The notes beneath the pieces were generated by a model. It saw nothing but the letters and a program-made list of their open reading frames with translations, was not told the origin of the DNA and did no database searches. A stretch of DNA of 60,642 nt, counting the filler. It is 4 parts of 4 records of this genome, joined end to end, with 100 filler letters (N's around TTAATTAATTAA, not from the genome) between each part and the next. Parts side by side here need not be neighbours in the genome. Positions count along the whole stretch, not along the records: positions 1 to 23,663 come from DRR723986_23743; 3 more parts are not named here. One strand, 5' to 3'. A program made the position numbers and the translations under genes. Positions 9,474 to 20,800 of this stretch are shown here, piece after piece. The stretch's first letter is position 1, and each line of letters begins with the position of its first letter.

Positions 9474-9943
9474 TTGCTTGCTGGCTCTAGTTCAACCAAC
9501 ACTTGATTTTTTTCGACACTCACTGAACTGGTAACCAACACCTTTTTAATTACGCAATCACTATCTGCCTTTAATACATTTTCCATTTTCATGGCTTCAA
9601 GAATAAGAATGGCATCTCCTTTAGTGACAACATCTCCTTCTTTTACAACAACATCAATAACTTTCCCAGGCATTGGAGCCTTGATGTCAGCATTGACATT
9701 TTCAACAGCCCTTTTGATTCCCATTTTATCTAGAACAAGGTCTAATTCATTTTTAAAAATCAAATCATGCGTAGAATGATTATGACGAATGGTCATTGTT
9801 TTTGTGTGAATATCCACAGCTAAAACTTCAATTACTTGCTCGTCTCCACCTGAGTTTACTTTGTAAACTTGTTTACCTAAATGCGTGATTTCAAAGTCAG
9901 AGTTTTTCTTGTCAAGTGCTAAAGTTTCAATAAGGTTTTCCAT
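9470..9943 (-). CDS. Biotin carboxyl carrier protein subunit
   Basis: IKAPMPGKV and the biotinylation motif LEAMKMEN. Confidence 0.93.
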   Translation of the reverse strand: MENLIETLALDKKNSDFEITHLGKQVYKVNSGGDEQVIEVLAVDIHTKTMTIRHNHSTHDLIFKNELDLVLDKMGIKRAVENVNADIKAPMPGKVIDVVVKEGDVVTKGDAILILEAMKMENVLKADSDCVIKKVLVTSSVSVEKNQVLVELEPASN

Positions 9944-9963
9944 GGCTCGATTATTTATCTACC

Positions 9964-9971
9964 CAAAAGTA
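9964..9971 (-). promoter_or_regulatory. Bacteroidota -7 promoter element (TACTTTTG)
   Basis: CAAAAGTA on plus, 20 nt upstream of the ATG at 9943. Confidence 0.55.
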
Positions 9972-9987
9972 ACGAATTCGTGTATAA

Positions 9988-10902
9988 CTATGAGGGTTTA
10001 GGAGATTTTTTAGGTTTAATTACAAGATATACTCCCGTGAAAACAAGGAGTGCGCAAAGTATTTTTTGCCAGGTCATATCTTGGCTGTAATCTTCTAGTC
10101 CAAAATAGACAAATAAATAGACGAAAACTGTTGCGAGTATAGGTTGTAAATAAATGTAAACTGCTGCTATTGATGGGCTTAACTTCTTCATGGAGTATAC
10201 ATTCAAAAGGTAAGGAACAAAAGTCACCCCAATGATAACGAAGAGAATTTGGAAAATTTCTAATGAGCTGATGGCCGACCAATTTACCGCAGAAACTTCC
10301 ATTGAACTTGGGAACCAAATCAAAACATAAATTAATCCGAAACTGAATACCCAACTGATGACGGTCAGCGGTTTGTATTTGGACATGAGTGGTTTTACCA
10401 GTACAAGATAAAAGGAGTAAGAGGTGGCATTGATCAAAATTAAAACGTCCCCTTGACCAGAGGCAAAACCTCCAGGTTTGTTTAGCAGAATAAAAGCGAT
10501 TGAACCTATGGCTCCTAAGATGACTCCTACAATTTGAAGATTACGAATTTTTTCTTTGAGAAATACTGCGGATAATATTAGAACGATAATAGGAGTTAGC
10601 GTCATTATTACCGGAGCGTTGATGGGTGAGGTTAGCATCAAACCATTAAAAAACATCAACTGATTCAAGGCCACTCCAAATAGTCCGCAAATGGCGAGTC
10701 TTCCAAAATCTTTAAGGGCAACTTTTTCTCGTTTAAGAGATAGAATTGCCCAGAACAAACTTGCGGCTCCAACTACTCTTAATAGAATAAAACCGTTGGG
10801 ACCAATAACGTTCGGCATTAATCCTTTGGCAACAACATAGTTGGCGCCATACATCAATTGAACAACAAATAGGGCTAGGTGAGATTTAAATAAGCCTTGC
10901 AT
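9988..10902 (-). CDS. DMT/EamA family transporter
   Basis: About 10 TM helices in two EamA repeats. FLKEK and YIYLQP motifs. Confidence 0.9.
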   Translation of the reverse strand: MQGLFKSHLALFVVQLMYGANYVVAKGLMPNVIGPNGFILLRVVGAASLFWAILSLKREKVALKDFGRLAICGLFGVALNQLMFFNGLMLTSPINAPVIMTLTPIIVLILSAVFLKEKIRNLQIVGVILGAIGSIAFILLNKPGGFASGQGDVLILINATSYSFYLVLVKPLMSKYKPLTVISWVFSFGLIYVLIWFPSSMEVSAVNWSAISSLEIFQILFVIIGVTFVPYLLNVYSMKKLSPSIAAVYIYLQPILATVFVYLFVYFGLEDYSQDMTWQKILCALLVFTGVYLVIKPKKSPKPS

Positions 10903-10905
10903 AGG

Positions 10906-11253
10906 CTAAAGACTTGCTTTTGCGGCCTCAACCACTTTTTTAGAATTACCAATAAAAATTTCATTACCGTTAATCAATACAGGACGTTTTAAAAACGTGT
11001 ACTCATTAATGATCCACTGACGATAATCAGACTCGGATAAATCTTTTTCATTTAAACCTAGAGATCTGTATTTCATGGCTTTTCTTGAAAAAAGTGCTTC
11101 TGCCGATCCTGCAAGTGAAATCATTTCATCCACCTGGGCTGCTGTCATTGGTTCAGTCTTAATATTTTGCAAATCGAAACTTTCGTCTAAGTCCCATTCT
11201 CTTAAAATGCGTTGACAAGTAGAACAAGTTTTTAAATAGTAACACTTTTTCAT
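10906..11253 (-). CDS. ArsC/Spx/MgsR family thioredoxin-fold protein
   Basis: CSTC near the N-terminus and FLKRPVL. Start overlaps the asnS stop (TAATG). Confidence 0.88.
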   Translation of the reverse strand: MKKCYYLKTCSTCQRILREWDLDESFDLQNIKTEPMTAAQVDEMISLAGSAEALFSRKAMKYRSLGLNEKDLSESDYRQWIINEYTFLKRPVLINGNEIFIGNSKKVVEAAKASL

Positions 11254-12707
11254 TAAAACTCAGCTTTTTTAGGTGTTCTAGGGAAAGGTATAACGTCACG
11301 GATGTTGGCCATTCCAGTCACAAACATGACCATTCTTTCAAAACCTAATCCAAACCCAGCGTGAGGAGCTGTTCCAAACTTACGTGTATCTAAATACCAC
11401 CAAAGTTCCTCTTCAGGAATATTGAATTCGTTGATTTTTTGTTTCAATACGTCATAGCGTTCTTCTCTCTGTGAACCACCAATAATTTCACCAATTCCTG
11501 GGAATAAAATATCCATTGCTGCAACAGTATCACCCGGCACACCTTCTTTTGGTTCGTTCAAGCGCATATAAAAGGCTTTAAAAGAAGCCGGATAATCCGT
11601 AATGATAACTGGTTTTTTAAACTCCTTCTCAACTAAAAATCGCTCGTGTTCTGATTGCAAATCAGTTCCCCATTCAACAGGGAATTTGAATTTTCCTTTT
11701 TTATATGGCTTAGAGTTTCTTAAAATATTGATGGCGTCTGTATATGTGATACGCTCAAAATCATTATCGATAACGAACTTTAATCGATCCATTAATGGCA
11801 TTGGATGCCTTTCGGCAGTAGGCTTTTGACTATCTTCTTTAACCTCTCTATCATGTAAAAACTGTAAATCATCTGCGTTATTTTCCATGACGTGTTGACA
11901 GATGTAGCTTAAGAAGTCTTCAGCTAAATCCATGTTATCTACGATATCGTTGAAAGCAACTTCAGGCTCAATCATCCAGAATTCTGCTAAATGTCTAGCT
12001 GTATTAGAGTTTTCTGCTCTAAACGTTGGACCAAATGTATATACTTTACCAAGAGCCATTGCCGCCAACTCAGCTTCTAACTGGCCCGAAACCGTGAGGT
12101 TCGTTTCTTTGCCAAAAAAATCTTCTGACCAATCTACCGAACCATCTTCTGATTTGGGTGGGTTTTGCGGATCGAGGATCGAAACCCTGAACATTTCCCC
12201 GGCGCCTTCGGCGTCAGAACCTGTGATTATCGGCGTATGGATATAATAATATCCCTTATCATTAAAATACTTGTGAATGGCATAAGAAACTGCGTGTCTA
12301 ATTCTGAAGACTGCACCAAACAAATTGGTTCTGAATCTCAAATGTGCTTGTTCTCTTAACAACTCCAAAGAGTGCTTTTTAGGCTGCAAGATGGTTTTAC
12401 TCACTTCGTCTGGATCCGCATCCCCTAATATCTCAACCTTTGAAACTTCTATTTCAATTGCCTGCCCACTTCCTTGAGATGCAACAACTTTACCTTCTAA
12501 AGTAACCGCCGCGCCAGTTGTAATTCTTTTAATAATGCTTTCGTCCATGGCTTCGAAATCTACCACAGCTTGCACATTATTTATCGTTGAACCGTCATTT
12601 AATTGGATAAATCTATTTTGTCTAAAGGCTTTCACCCAGCCTTTTAGTAACACATCAGAACCAATAGGCTCATCAATTAATAGTTGTTTAATTTCAGTTC
12701 TTTTCAT
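11253..12707 (-). CDS. asnS: Asparagine--tRNA ligase
   Basis: [45 protein letters not shown] and GFGLGFER. Confidence 0.98.
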   Translation of the reverse strand: MKRTEIKQLLIDEPIGSDVLLKGWVKAFRQNRFIQLNDGSTINNVQAVVDFEAMDESIIKRITTGAAVTLEGKVVASQGSGQAIEIEVSKVEILGDADPDEVSKTILQPKKHSLELLREQAHLRFRTNLFGAVFRIRHAVSYAIHKYFNDKGYYYIHTPIITGSDAEGAGEMFRVSILDPQNPPKSEDGSVDWSEDFFGKETNLTVSGQLEAELAAMALGKVYTFGPTFRAENSNTARHLAEFWMIEPEVAFNDIVDNMDLAEDFLSYICQHVMENNADDLQFLHDREVKEDSQKPTAERHPMPLMDRLKFVIDNDFERITYTDAINILRNSKPYKKGKFKFPVEWGTDLQSEHERFLVEKEFKKPVIITDYPASFKAFYMRLNEPKEGVPGDTVAAMDILFPGIGEIIGGSQREERYDVLKQKINEFNIPEEELWWYLDTRKFGTAPHAGFGLGFERMVMFVTGMANIRDVIPFPRTPKKAEF

Positions 12708-12736
12708 CTTATCTGTAATCTATTCGATATTGGCCA

Positions 12737-12744
12737 CAAATGTA
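12737..12744 (-). promoter_or_regulatory. Bacteroidota -7 promoter element for the asnS operon (TACATTTG)
   Basis: CAAATGTA on plus, 29 nt upstream of the asnS ATG. Confidence 0.55.
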
Positions 12745-12792
12745 GGACACTTCGGTTAAATTATGGCCTGTATAGGTGATTTTATTCGTTGG

Positions 12793-15114
12793 CTACAAGC
12801 ACTTTTTGCAGTACATTCCTTTTACGTCTTCGTCTCGAAGAACTTGGAAATTTGAATTTAACCATTTGCACCAACGTTCAGGGTTTGCCTCATAGGCCGT
12901 TTGCATATAATTGAGATAAGTTTCATCTTCAAGCTCTCTCCTTATTAAAGTCGCAGTTTGGGCGAGTACAAAAGCGGCATTCTCATCTAAATAGTTTTCA
13001 TCATAAGCATGACCAAGCATTTCAACTGTTTTATTGTATTTATGATACCAGTTGCAAAACAAAGCCAAGTCAGTAAGCTCTTCAATACTCAAGTTTGCTG
13101 TATAGAAATAGTTAAAAATAATTTCAAAAAGATGACTTGATTTATTCCATTGATTAGTAGCTGCAAAGTAATGGATGCTCGACAAGGCATAATTTAATTT
13201 TAACCTGCTGAGCATTATAGTGTCCTCAAAGCCCCCATCTTCCATTGTTTGAATCGCCGTTAAAGCCTCTTCAGGTTCAATCGGTATATTCATTTCTTCA
13301 GGAACGTAGTAATAACGAATGGACAATTTATAGAGCTCATGAAAATAGAGATTTAACCAATTCAACTTACAGTAAGAATCGACCGAATCCGTAATGTCAA
13401 TTTTGTTGAGGTTAGGTGTTGGGACATCCTTCGGAATATCAGTAAATTTTTGACTAACATGAGCCGCGACATAATTGTTTGCCAGATTTGTAGAAACAAA
13501 ACAAGAAGAATCTATTTCTCTTTTTACTGAATAGATGGCCTCACCTTTTGATTCAAAAAGTTGATTGCTCATCAAAGCAATTCGATATTGCTTAGGAGAA
13601 TATTTAATCGCGAGGTATTCATTTATTCCAGTAGTAATAGAATCTATACGCCCAGATATTTTAAAAGTAGCCTTGGCAATTCTTTGCTCAAAGAGCAGTG
13701 AGTCAATGAGCGGGTTCTCTTTTTCTGACAATAGTTTTTTCTTAACTTCTTTTTCGTTTAATCCTTGATATTGATCTAAAGAAAGCTCCTTTATTTGTTC
13801 TTCAAATTTCGGCCAGTTTTCTTTGACGTCTTCTTTAACAACAGTCTCAGAATTGATGAATTGAGAAATCAGTTGTTTGATTCTTTCTGATCTTTTTTCC
13901 TGTAATTCAATGTTATACCATTCTTTTCCTTCAACTGAACTGTAAGTTTGAATCTCAATATTTGAGATAAAGGGGGAGTAACCATAGAGGGTGTTGTAAA
14001 GCTCAAAAGAGTAGTTTTCATTCCAAGTTGTTTTACCCCTTTCAAATGAAAAGGATAGCTCAATTGTAGTATCAATATTAATTGGCTCAAAGGTGTATGC
14101 CGTATCAATGAATTTTGGTGGGATTTGGAATGGAGGAATGTCATCAGAAGGAGTATAAACCGGGAATGAGTAATCGCAAGCTCTGTTGTTTCTAATTAGA
14201 ATAAGATTGAATTCATGAGGTTTAATATTTTTAGGTGCCTTGCCCAAATAAGCGATAATCTTTCTTGGGTTTTTTGAAGAATTACTTTTTTCAAGCTCAT
14301 ACCTAAATTTTGGTTCAAGCATATAGCCGTCAAAAATATCTGAACCGTGAAATTTATTCGGAAGGTTACAAGGAAGTTGATCGCGAAAAACTATATCCAG
14401 TGCGTAACCATCATTGGGGTTTGGAATGAGTTTGTTGAAATAATTTTTGTCGTGATATTTTATGAATACAGAATCATCTTTCACATAAATGCCGTTTGCG
14501 AGTGAAAGCGTTCCGTATCTAAAGTTTTTAATATCATTACATTTTACAGAGTCAAATGTTTGAACTCCATATGCTTTAGACGGAGTTGTTAATCTTGAAG
14601 GAAAAGAATATCCTAAAGCCGAAAAAACCTGAGTACCATATACTCGATTTGAGATTGTATCAATGGCTAAGCCTATTCCAATCTGAAAATAATGTTCGCC
14701 AAGTAGATTTTTCTTGTGTGGTGGAGAATTTAACCAAGCGGTATACAATTGCTTACCTAATGTCTTATTCGATTTAATCTGTCCGTCTTTGTCTTTTAAA
14801 CTTACATAAGCTACATTTTCACCGATATAGTTGAAGTTTCCCTTGTAATAAAAAACTCTTTCAGATGGGGTTTGTTTGTTGTAAGTTGACTGGCTATGAC
14901 CTAAAACTTTTGTCCATTTCATGTAGTCAGACTGGTCAACTGCGGCCTTTTGAAGAATACCATTATTCTTTAGGACGTTTAACCCCGCCGAGTCGCGTAG
15001 GGCATTTGTGTTTGCAAGAATTTCGCTTTCAATCTCACTAAAATTGATTGAATTTTGAGAAAAACCACAAACAGTTAGTGATAAAAGGCAGCAAAGAAAT
15101 AGTACTTTTTGCAT
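12793..15114 (-). CDS. Secreted CAP (SCP) domain protein with degenerate OmpA-like domain and helical C-terminus
   Basis: Signal peptide. CAP motifs LQKAA..QSDYM, GENVAY and WLNSPPHKKNL. Central FERGK..IEIQTYSSVEG..N.EL...RS pattern is OmpA-like. Confidence 0.78.
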   Translation of the reverse strand: MQKVLFLCCLLSLTVCGFSQNSINFSEIESEILANTNALRDSAGLNVLKNNGILQKAAVDQSDYMKWTKVLGHSQSTYNKQTPSERVFYYKGNFNYIGENVAYVSLKDKDGQIKSNKTLGKQLYTAWLNSPPHKKNLLGEHYFQIGIGLAIDTISNRVYGTQVFSALGYSFPSRLTTPSKAYGVQTFDSVKCNDIKNFRYGTLSLANGIYVKDDSVFIKYHDKNYFNKLIPNPNDGYALDIVFRDQLPCNLPNKFHGSDIFDGYMLEPKFRYELEKSNSSKNPRKIIAYLGKAPKNIKPHEFNLILIRNNRACDYSFPVYTPSDDIPPFQIPPKFIDTAYTFEPINIDTTIELSFSFERGKTTWNENYSFELYNTLYGYSPFISNIEIQTYSSVEGKEWYNIELQEKRSERIKQLISQFINSETVVKEDVKENWPKFEEQIKELSLDQYQGLNEKEVKKKLLSEKENPLIDSLLFEQRIAKATFKISGRIDSITTGINEYLAIKYSPKQYRIALMSNQLFESKGEAIYSVKREIDSSCFVSTNLANNYVAAHVSQKFTDIPKDVPTPNLNKIDITDSVDSYCKLNWLNLYFHELYKLSIRYYYVPEEMNIPIEPEEALTAIQTMEDGGFEDTIMLSRLKLNYALSSIHYFAATNQWNKSSHLFEIIFNYFYTANLSIEELTDLALFCNWYHKYNKTVEMLGHAYDENYLDENAAFVLAQTATLIRRELEDETYLNYMQTAYEANPERWCKWLNSNFQVLRDEDVKGMYCKKCL

Positions 15115-15136
15115 TTAGATTGGGTTCAATTCTTAG

Positions 15137-15144
15137 CAAATTTA
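15137..15144 (-). promoter_or_regulatory. Bacteroidota -7 promoter element (TAAATTTG)
   Basis: CAAATTTA on plus, 22 nt upstream of the ATG at 15114. Confidence 0.55.
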
Positions 15145-15167
15145 GTTATTCGAGAAAGATTTACCTT

Positions 15168-16994
15168 TTAATCTTTCTTCATCATTCGGTTTAACAGAAT
15201 AAATGCACCAATTGATAAGGCTGCATTTAATAAGCCAATCCACGGTTTTAGCATCAGAAAGTAACCGATAGTAAATAATCCACAAAAACTAGTAGTCAAC
15301 CCCAGCACCCACATTATTAAAGAGTTTGAGAATGACCCTATGGCATTTTTGTTAATACCTTTCCCTTGCCAAAGACCTACAGGCTTGCACCGCTTGATAA
15401 ATTCATCAATTTGGCTTTGAGAAGTGGGAGGAGTTAATAAGGTCACCGTTACTGAAACGATTATGCAAAACGCAGTAATTCCGAGCAATGCGAAAGTGTC
15501 GAAATGAGGAACATCTTTGTATGCTGCGAACAGAATAGGGTATAATATAGTTGCTAAAATCGCGGCTAGCATAGAGGATATTTCCGTCCAAGCATTTGCT
15601 CGCCACCAAAACCACCTGGTTAATTGGGCCACGCCTAATCCGGAAGCAGCATTGATAAAAAACACCCAAGCACCGGCAATTGTATCCATTTGGCTGGCCA
15701 CAATGACCGCCAAAAAGGTAATCACTACAACATTGATTCTTGAAAATTTCACCAATTGCTTTTGATTGGCATCTGGTTTTATGAATCTTCTATAGATATC
15801 ATTAGTCATGTAACTTGCTCCCCAATTTAAATGGGTGTCAACTGTTGACATAAAGGCAGCCATGAGACTTGTGAAAGCTAATCCAACTAAACCTATAGGT
15901 AAAAGCATTCCCATTAAAACGGGATATGCAGACTCTCGGTCGCCACCCACGACTTCACCTTCAACGGGGAAAATAGCAGTTGGGTCGTCTAACGGGAATA
16001 ATACCAGAGATACTAATGCCACCATTATCCAAGGCCAAGTTCGCAAAGCAATAAAAGAGATTGAAAATAAGAGCGATCCTTTCCGTGCATCTTTTTCATC
16101 TTTCGCGGTATTGATTCTTTGAGCTATATAGCCCGATCCATCAGAATCATATCTTACCCACCACTGCACAAAAACATAAATGATAAAGATTTCAAATGGA
16201 ATCAATGGATTGTCAAAAGACGGAATTATCTCTGTCATGTGCCCGGCCCTGACTTCTCCATAGAGGTCTGTCAAACTTGTTTGAAGCCCTTCAAGTCCAC
16301 CTACAGCGTTTACGGCATAAACAGCAAAAATTATTGAAACGACAATTGCAATTACAAATTGAAATAAATCAGTTAAAATCACACCTCTTATTCCGCCAAT
16401 TGAACTGTAAATCATCACAATGAGAAGCAGAACAACAATAGTTAAGGTGGCATTCATATCCCCCTTGAATAATAGAAAGTCAGGATAAACAGAAGCAATT
16501 TTTTGGAAAGTCGCGGAACCAAGTATTTGATCCCATTTAATAAATGGCCCGGCAATTTTAACAGCCGCAGTAATTACCCAGCCGAGAATAAAAACGTTGA
16601 TAATTATCCCGTAAAAAAAAGCTTTAAACCCTCTTAAAAAAGCAGCTTCTTTGCCAGAGTATCGGAGTTCAATAAATTCAACATCAGTGAGTACTTGACT
16701 GGAGCGCCAGCGTCTTGCAAAAAATATGGTGATCGTAATATAAGTAGCTGCCCAACTCCACCAAAACCAATTTCCTACGATTCCGTTATTCGCCGTTATT
16801 CCAGTGATTGCCAGTGGTGTGTCAGCTGCAAAAGTCGTTGCAATAATTGAAATCCCTAACCACCACCAAGGTAAAGATCGGTCTGCAACAAAGTATGAAT
16901 CAACACCTGAACTGGCTTTTTTAGAGACAATAATTCCAATTACGAAAACCGCAGCAAGGTAAATAAGAAATATGCACCAGTCAATTGACGTCAT
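15168..16994 (-). CDS. Sodium:solute symporter (SSS) family protein
   Basis: YFVADRSLPWW, ATTFAADTP, GG..GV..TD.FQF and AAFMST motifs. ATG at 16994 (MTSIDW) preferred. Confidence 0.92.
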   Translation of the reverse strand: MTSIDWCIFLIYLAAVFVIGIIVSKKASSGVDSYFVADRSLPWWWLGISIIATTFAADTPLAITGITANNGIVGNWFWWSWAATYITITIFFARRWRSSQVLTDVEFIELRYSGKEAAFLRGFKAFFYGIIINVFILGWVITAAVKIAGPFIKWDQILGSATFQKIASVYPDFLLFKGDMNATLTIVVLLLIVMIYSSIGGIRGVILTDLFQFVIAIVVSIIFAVYAVNAVGGLEGLQTSLTDLYGEVRAGHMTEIIPSFDNPLIPFEIFIIYVFVQWWVRYDSDGSGYIAQRINTAKDEKDARKGSLLFSISFIALRTWPWIMVALVSLVLFPLDDPTAIFPVEGEVVGGDRESAYPVLMGMLLPIGLVGLAFTSLMAAFMSTVDTHLNWGASYMTNDIYRRFIKPDANQKQLVKFSRINVVVITFLAVIVASQMDTIAGAWVFFINAASGLGVAQLTRWFWWRANAWTEISSMLAAILATILYPILFAAYKDVPHFDTFALLGITAFCIIVSVTVTLLTPPTSQSQIDEFIKRCKPVGLWQGKGINKNAIGSFSNSLIMWVLGLTTSFCGLFTIGYFLMLKPWIGLLNAALSIGAFILLNRMMKKD

Positions 16995-17155
16995 TTGATT
17001 GCTTTTGTCAAAAATAGCCCTAAAAAACAACCCGAATTAGTGACCATCAAATATGTTATGAACAGTAAATTTTTATTTTAAAAGAGGACATTTGGCAATT
17101 GATAAGAGGTTTTCTGTACTTGGTCTAAACATTCAAATTTGTATGTCATAATTGT

Positions 17156-17163
17156 TATTTTTG
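17156..17163 (+). promoter_or_regulatory. Bacteroidota -7 promoter element (TATTTTTG)
   Basis: Matches TAnnTTTG, 23 nt upstream of the udk ATG. Confidence 0.5.
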
Positions 17164-17186
17164 TACAGCAGTAGCTTACTGAATCA

Positions 17187-17804
17187 ATGGAGAAAGTCAA
17201 ATTCATAGTCGGAATAACCGGAGGAAGTGGTGTGGGTAAAACCACCCTAATTGATGGTTTGAATCGTGAGTTTGAAGGTCGGGTTACTACCTTTTCACTT
17301 GACAATTATTATAAGCCTAAAACAGAGCAAGATCTGGATGAGAATGGTGTGATAAATTTCGATTTACCATCAGCACTTGATCTGGATAAAATGAAAAAAG
17401 ACTTTGACACTTTAAGGTTGGGCAATTCAATTGAACAAAGTGTTTATCAATTTAATAATCCTGTCAACGACAATCAAGTAAACGTCTTAGAACCTAAGTC
17501 TTTATTGATAGTTGAAGGCTTGTTCGTAATGTATTACGACTTTATAAAACCGTTATTGGATTATTCAGTTTATCTATCTGTTGATGCTCATTTACAGTTA
17601 GAGAGAAGGTTAAAAAGAGATGTTCAAGAGCGGAACTACAGCGAAGAAGATGTCCGATATCAATGGGAAAACCATGTGTTGCCTTGCTATGAAAGTTATG
17701 TGAGGCCCTATAAATTAGAGGCTGACTTGATTATTACTAACAACGAACGGTTTGACGAAAATATTCATATCTTAACCTCAGTTATTCACCAAAATTTAGA
17801 TTAA
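17187..17804 (+). CDS. udk: Uridine kinase
   Basis: Walker A GGSGVGKTT, LDNYY, NFDLPSALD, IVEGL and RRLKRDVQER. Confidence 0.88.
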   Translation: MEKVKFIVGITGGSGVGKTTLIDGLNREFEGRVTTFSLDNYYKPKTEQDLDENGVINFDLPSALDLDKMKKDFDTLRLGNSIEQSVYQFNNPVNDNQVNVLEPKSLLIVEGLFVMYYDFIKPLLDYSVYLSVDAHLQLERRLKRDVQERNYSEEDVRYQWENHVLPCYESYVRPYKLEADLIITNNERFDENIHILTSVIHQNLD

Positions 17805-17848
17805 GCATCTGTCAAGGACTTGGCAAAGTTTTTGATGCTTAAAATCAA

Positions 17849-20800
17849 ATGAAATCCACGTCTAAGAAGAGATTTATCTACGGATCGTTATTGGGCTTTC
17901 TGTTTTGGCTGTGCGGGTCATTACTTTACCATTTTCAGCTGAATGCAGCAATTGATGAAAACGCAGTAAAAGACTTTGAAAATCGGTATCAAGAGAAAGC
18001 CGAACAGTTAAACGAAGATGTTCTTGTTTTTAAAAAGAAAGTTTTATCCGCGGATAAAAACCGAGATGTTTTTGAATTTGCAAAAGGACTTGCTGATCAA
18101 ACAGGTTCAGATTATTTCATTTTCGCGAAGGATACCCTGGTTCTCTGGACCAATAATCGCATCTCTTTATCCAGTTATGATATTGATGCTGGTTCTAACG
18201 AAGGAATAGAGTTTTTAGATAATGGCTGGTATCACATGAGCCATATCCGTCATAAGGACTCTGTTTTTATTGGTGCGTTCAAGGTAAAAAATCAATTCAA
18301 GCATGAGAATGAAGATCTGGTCAATGTTTTTGACACAGACCTGATGGTTGAGTACCCGGCTGAATTGACTTTTGGAAATGATGGATATCCCGTACATGAT
18401 TCATATGGAGAACATGTTTTTTCTGTAGTTCCAAAAGAAAACACTGCGCAAAATCAGTATCTAGAAATGGTGATTTTCTTTTGCTATTTGCTCGCCTTTA
18501 TTATTATCCTGCAATTATTGATTACGGCCATTCAGAAGTTGCTGATTAAACGACCAATATTATTAATTGTAGTTCCGTTGAGCATAGTTTTTCTTAGGTT
18601 TTTGTGGTTGTATTATAACATGCAGGGATATCTTTCCGATTTCGAATTGTTCAACCCTGAATTATTTGCATCCTCTCAATTTGTTCCCAGCCTTGGAGAT
18701 TTGATCATAAATGTGACGATATTTTACTTTTTAGTGCAATTTTTGCTAAAAAGGACCCGAAATTGGTTCAAAGAAGGCAATAAAAAGCTAAAACTAGTGG
18801 TTTTTGTTGTTCCTCTCTTTTTGGTGAGTTTTTATGCAGCGTTTAAAATTAATGACATCATTTATTCGCTTGTGTATGATTCAAAAATGTCTTTTGATTT
18901 AGAGCATCTTTTTGATTTCAGTGTTTATTCTTTTATCTCATTAACGATTATCGGGGCTAGTTTTTACGCCTATTTTAAGCTGCTACAGTACATAATTATT
19001 CAGCTTAAAAAGAATGATTTTGAGTGGAATCGCTTGTCATTTTTATGGGCTTTGACTTCGGGAATTTATATTGCCATTGATCAATTTTATTTTGAGCATT
19101 CATTCTTAACTTCCTTGTGGCCAATTTTTCTTAGTGGATCATTACTTTGGTTTCAGTTTAAAGAAAAGGATTACAAGTTTATTCACGTCATTAGCATTGT
19201 TGCCTTTATTTCTTTTTATGCGGCTTATATACTTCAGGGATATTCAGATAGTAATGAACGCGATTTAAGAATTGCACAGGCCGAGTTGATTGCCAAGGAC
19301 AAAGACATTTTGTCGGAATTTGATTATACAGATGTAGAACGCGAACTGCAGAAAACAAAGGCAATTCAAAAATATTTGGAAGATGATTTCGACATGGCAA
19401 TATTCAGTGAAGAAATGGAATCCAAGTATTTCATAAAGCTGAAAGATGATTACGATCTCACTTTTTATTTGTTTGGTGGAGATAAAAAAAGGATAGTAGA
19501 TTTTGGGAACTATGATGTTCAGGATTTCTCGCGATTTGAAGACATCATAGCATTAAGCGGTCAACGATCTTCAATCAATAAGAACATTTATTTCATACGA
19601 GATAATACTGATAAGCTCACTTATATTGCCAAATATCCGGTTATTGAAAATGACTCTACGATAGGTTATCTATTCACTGAGTTGAGATCTAAAAAGTTTC
19701 CTGAGGATATTGGCTTACCTTCTTTACTTTTAGAGGAAGGCGCAAATACGGTTTATCGTCTCAAGAACTATTCAATTGCTAAATATGTTGATGAACAATT
19801 GGTGACGCACAACGGAGATTATGCTTACCCTACTATTGGGACTGAATGGGATCAAGTAAACACTTTTGTTACCGTAGATGAGTACAGTCACTATGTGTAT
19901 CAGGAGGATGAAGGGTACAAAACAATCATCTCAAAAAAGCTAAAATCAAGTCTCTCCCTCTTTACTTCGTTCTCTTATTTGCTGATTATTTTTGGAGTCT
20001 TGCTACTAATTCCACTGGGCTTTCAACAGCTCGAAACCGGGATATCCTTCAAGAATATAAAATTGAACGTCAAAATTCAAACGGTACTCATTGGTCTTAT
20101 CTTGGTTACATTGGTGGCATTTGCGGTGGGTGCGGGAACTTTTGTAAAGGATCAATATATTGAAAGCAATCAAGGGTTTATTAAAGAAAAACTCGGTTCG
20201 GTTAGAACAGAATTAGAATCTAAACTAAAGAAGGATCCAGAATTGAGAGAAGATGTAGCTGGGGCAGACTACCTAGAGTATTTGCTTAAAAAGTTTTCGA
20301 AGGTATTTGTTACGGATATAAATCTATTCAACACCAAAGGAAACTTGTTAGCGAGTTCTCAACCAAAAATCTACTCTAAAGGATTAATATCTCGAAAAAT
20401 GAATGCTGACGCCTACCATGAAGTGCATTTGAAAAAGAGAAGTGAGTTCGTTCATGAAGAGCAAATTGGGCGATTAAATTATCTTTCAGCCTATACACCT
20501 TTTTTCAATCAAAAGGGAGAATTCTTGGCTTATTTAAATGTGCAATACATTTCAAGACAAGATGAATTTGAAAATCAGATTTCAGCTTTTCTGTTAGCCA
20601 TTATTGACATTATGGTGCTGATGCTGGCAATTTCAACGATTCTTGCAATTACTGTTTCTAACAGATTAACACGACCGTTGAAGTATATTCAGGATAGTTT
20701 GAAAAATGTGCAGATTGGCGCTCAGTACAAACCAATTAAATACGAAGGAACAGATGAAATTGGTGAGTTAGTAAAAGAATACAATAAGAAGGTGGCAGAA

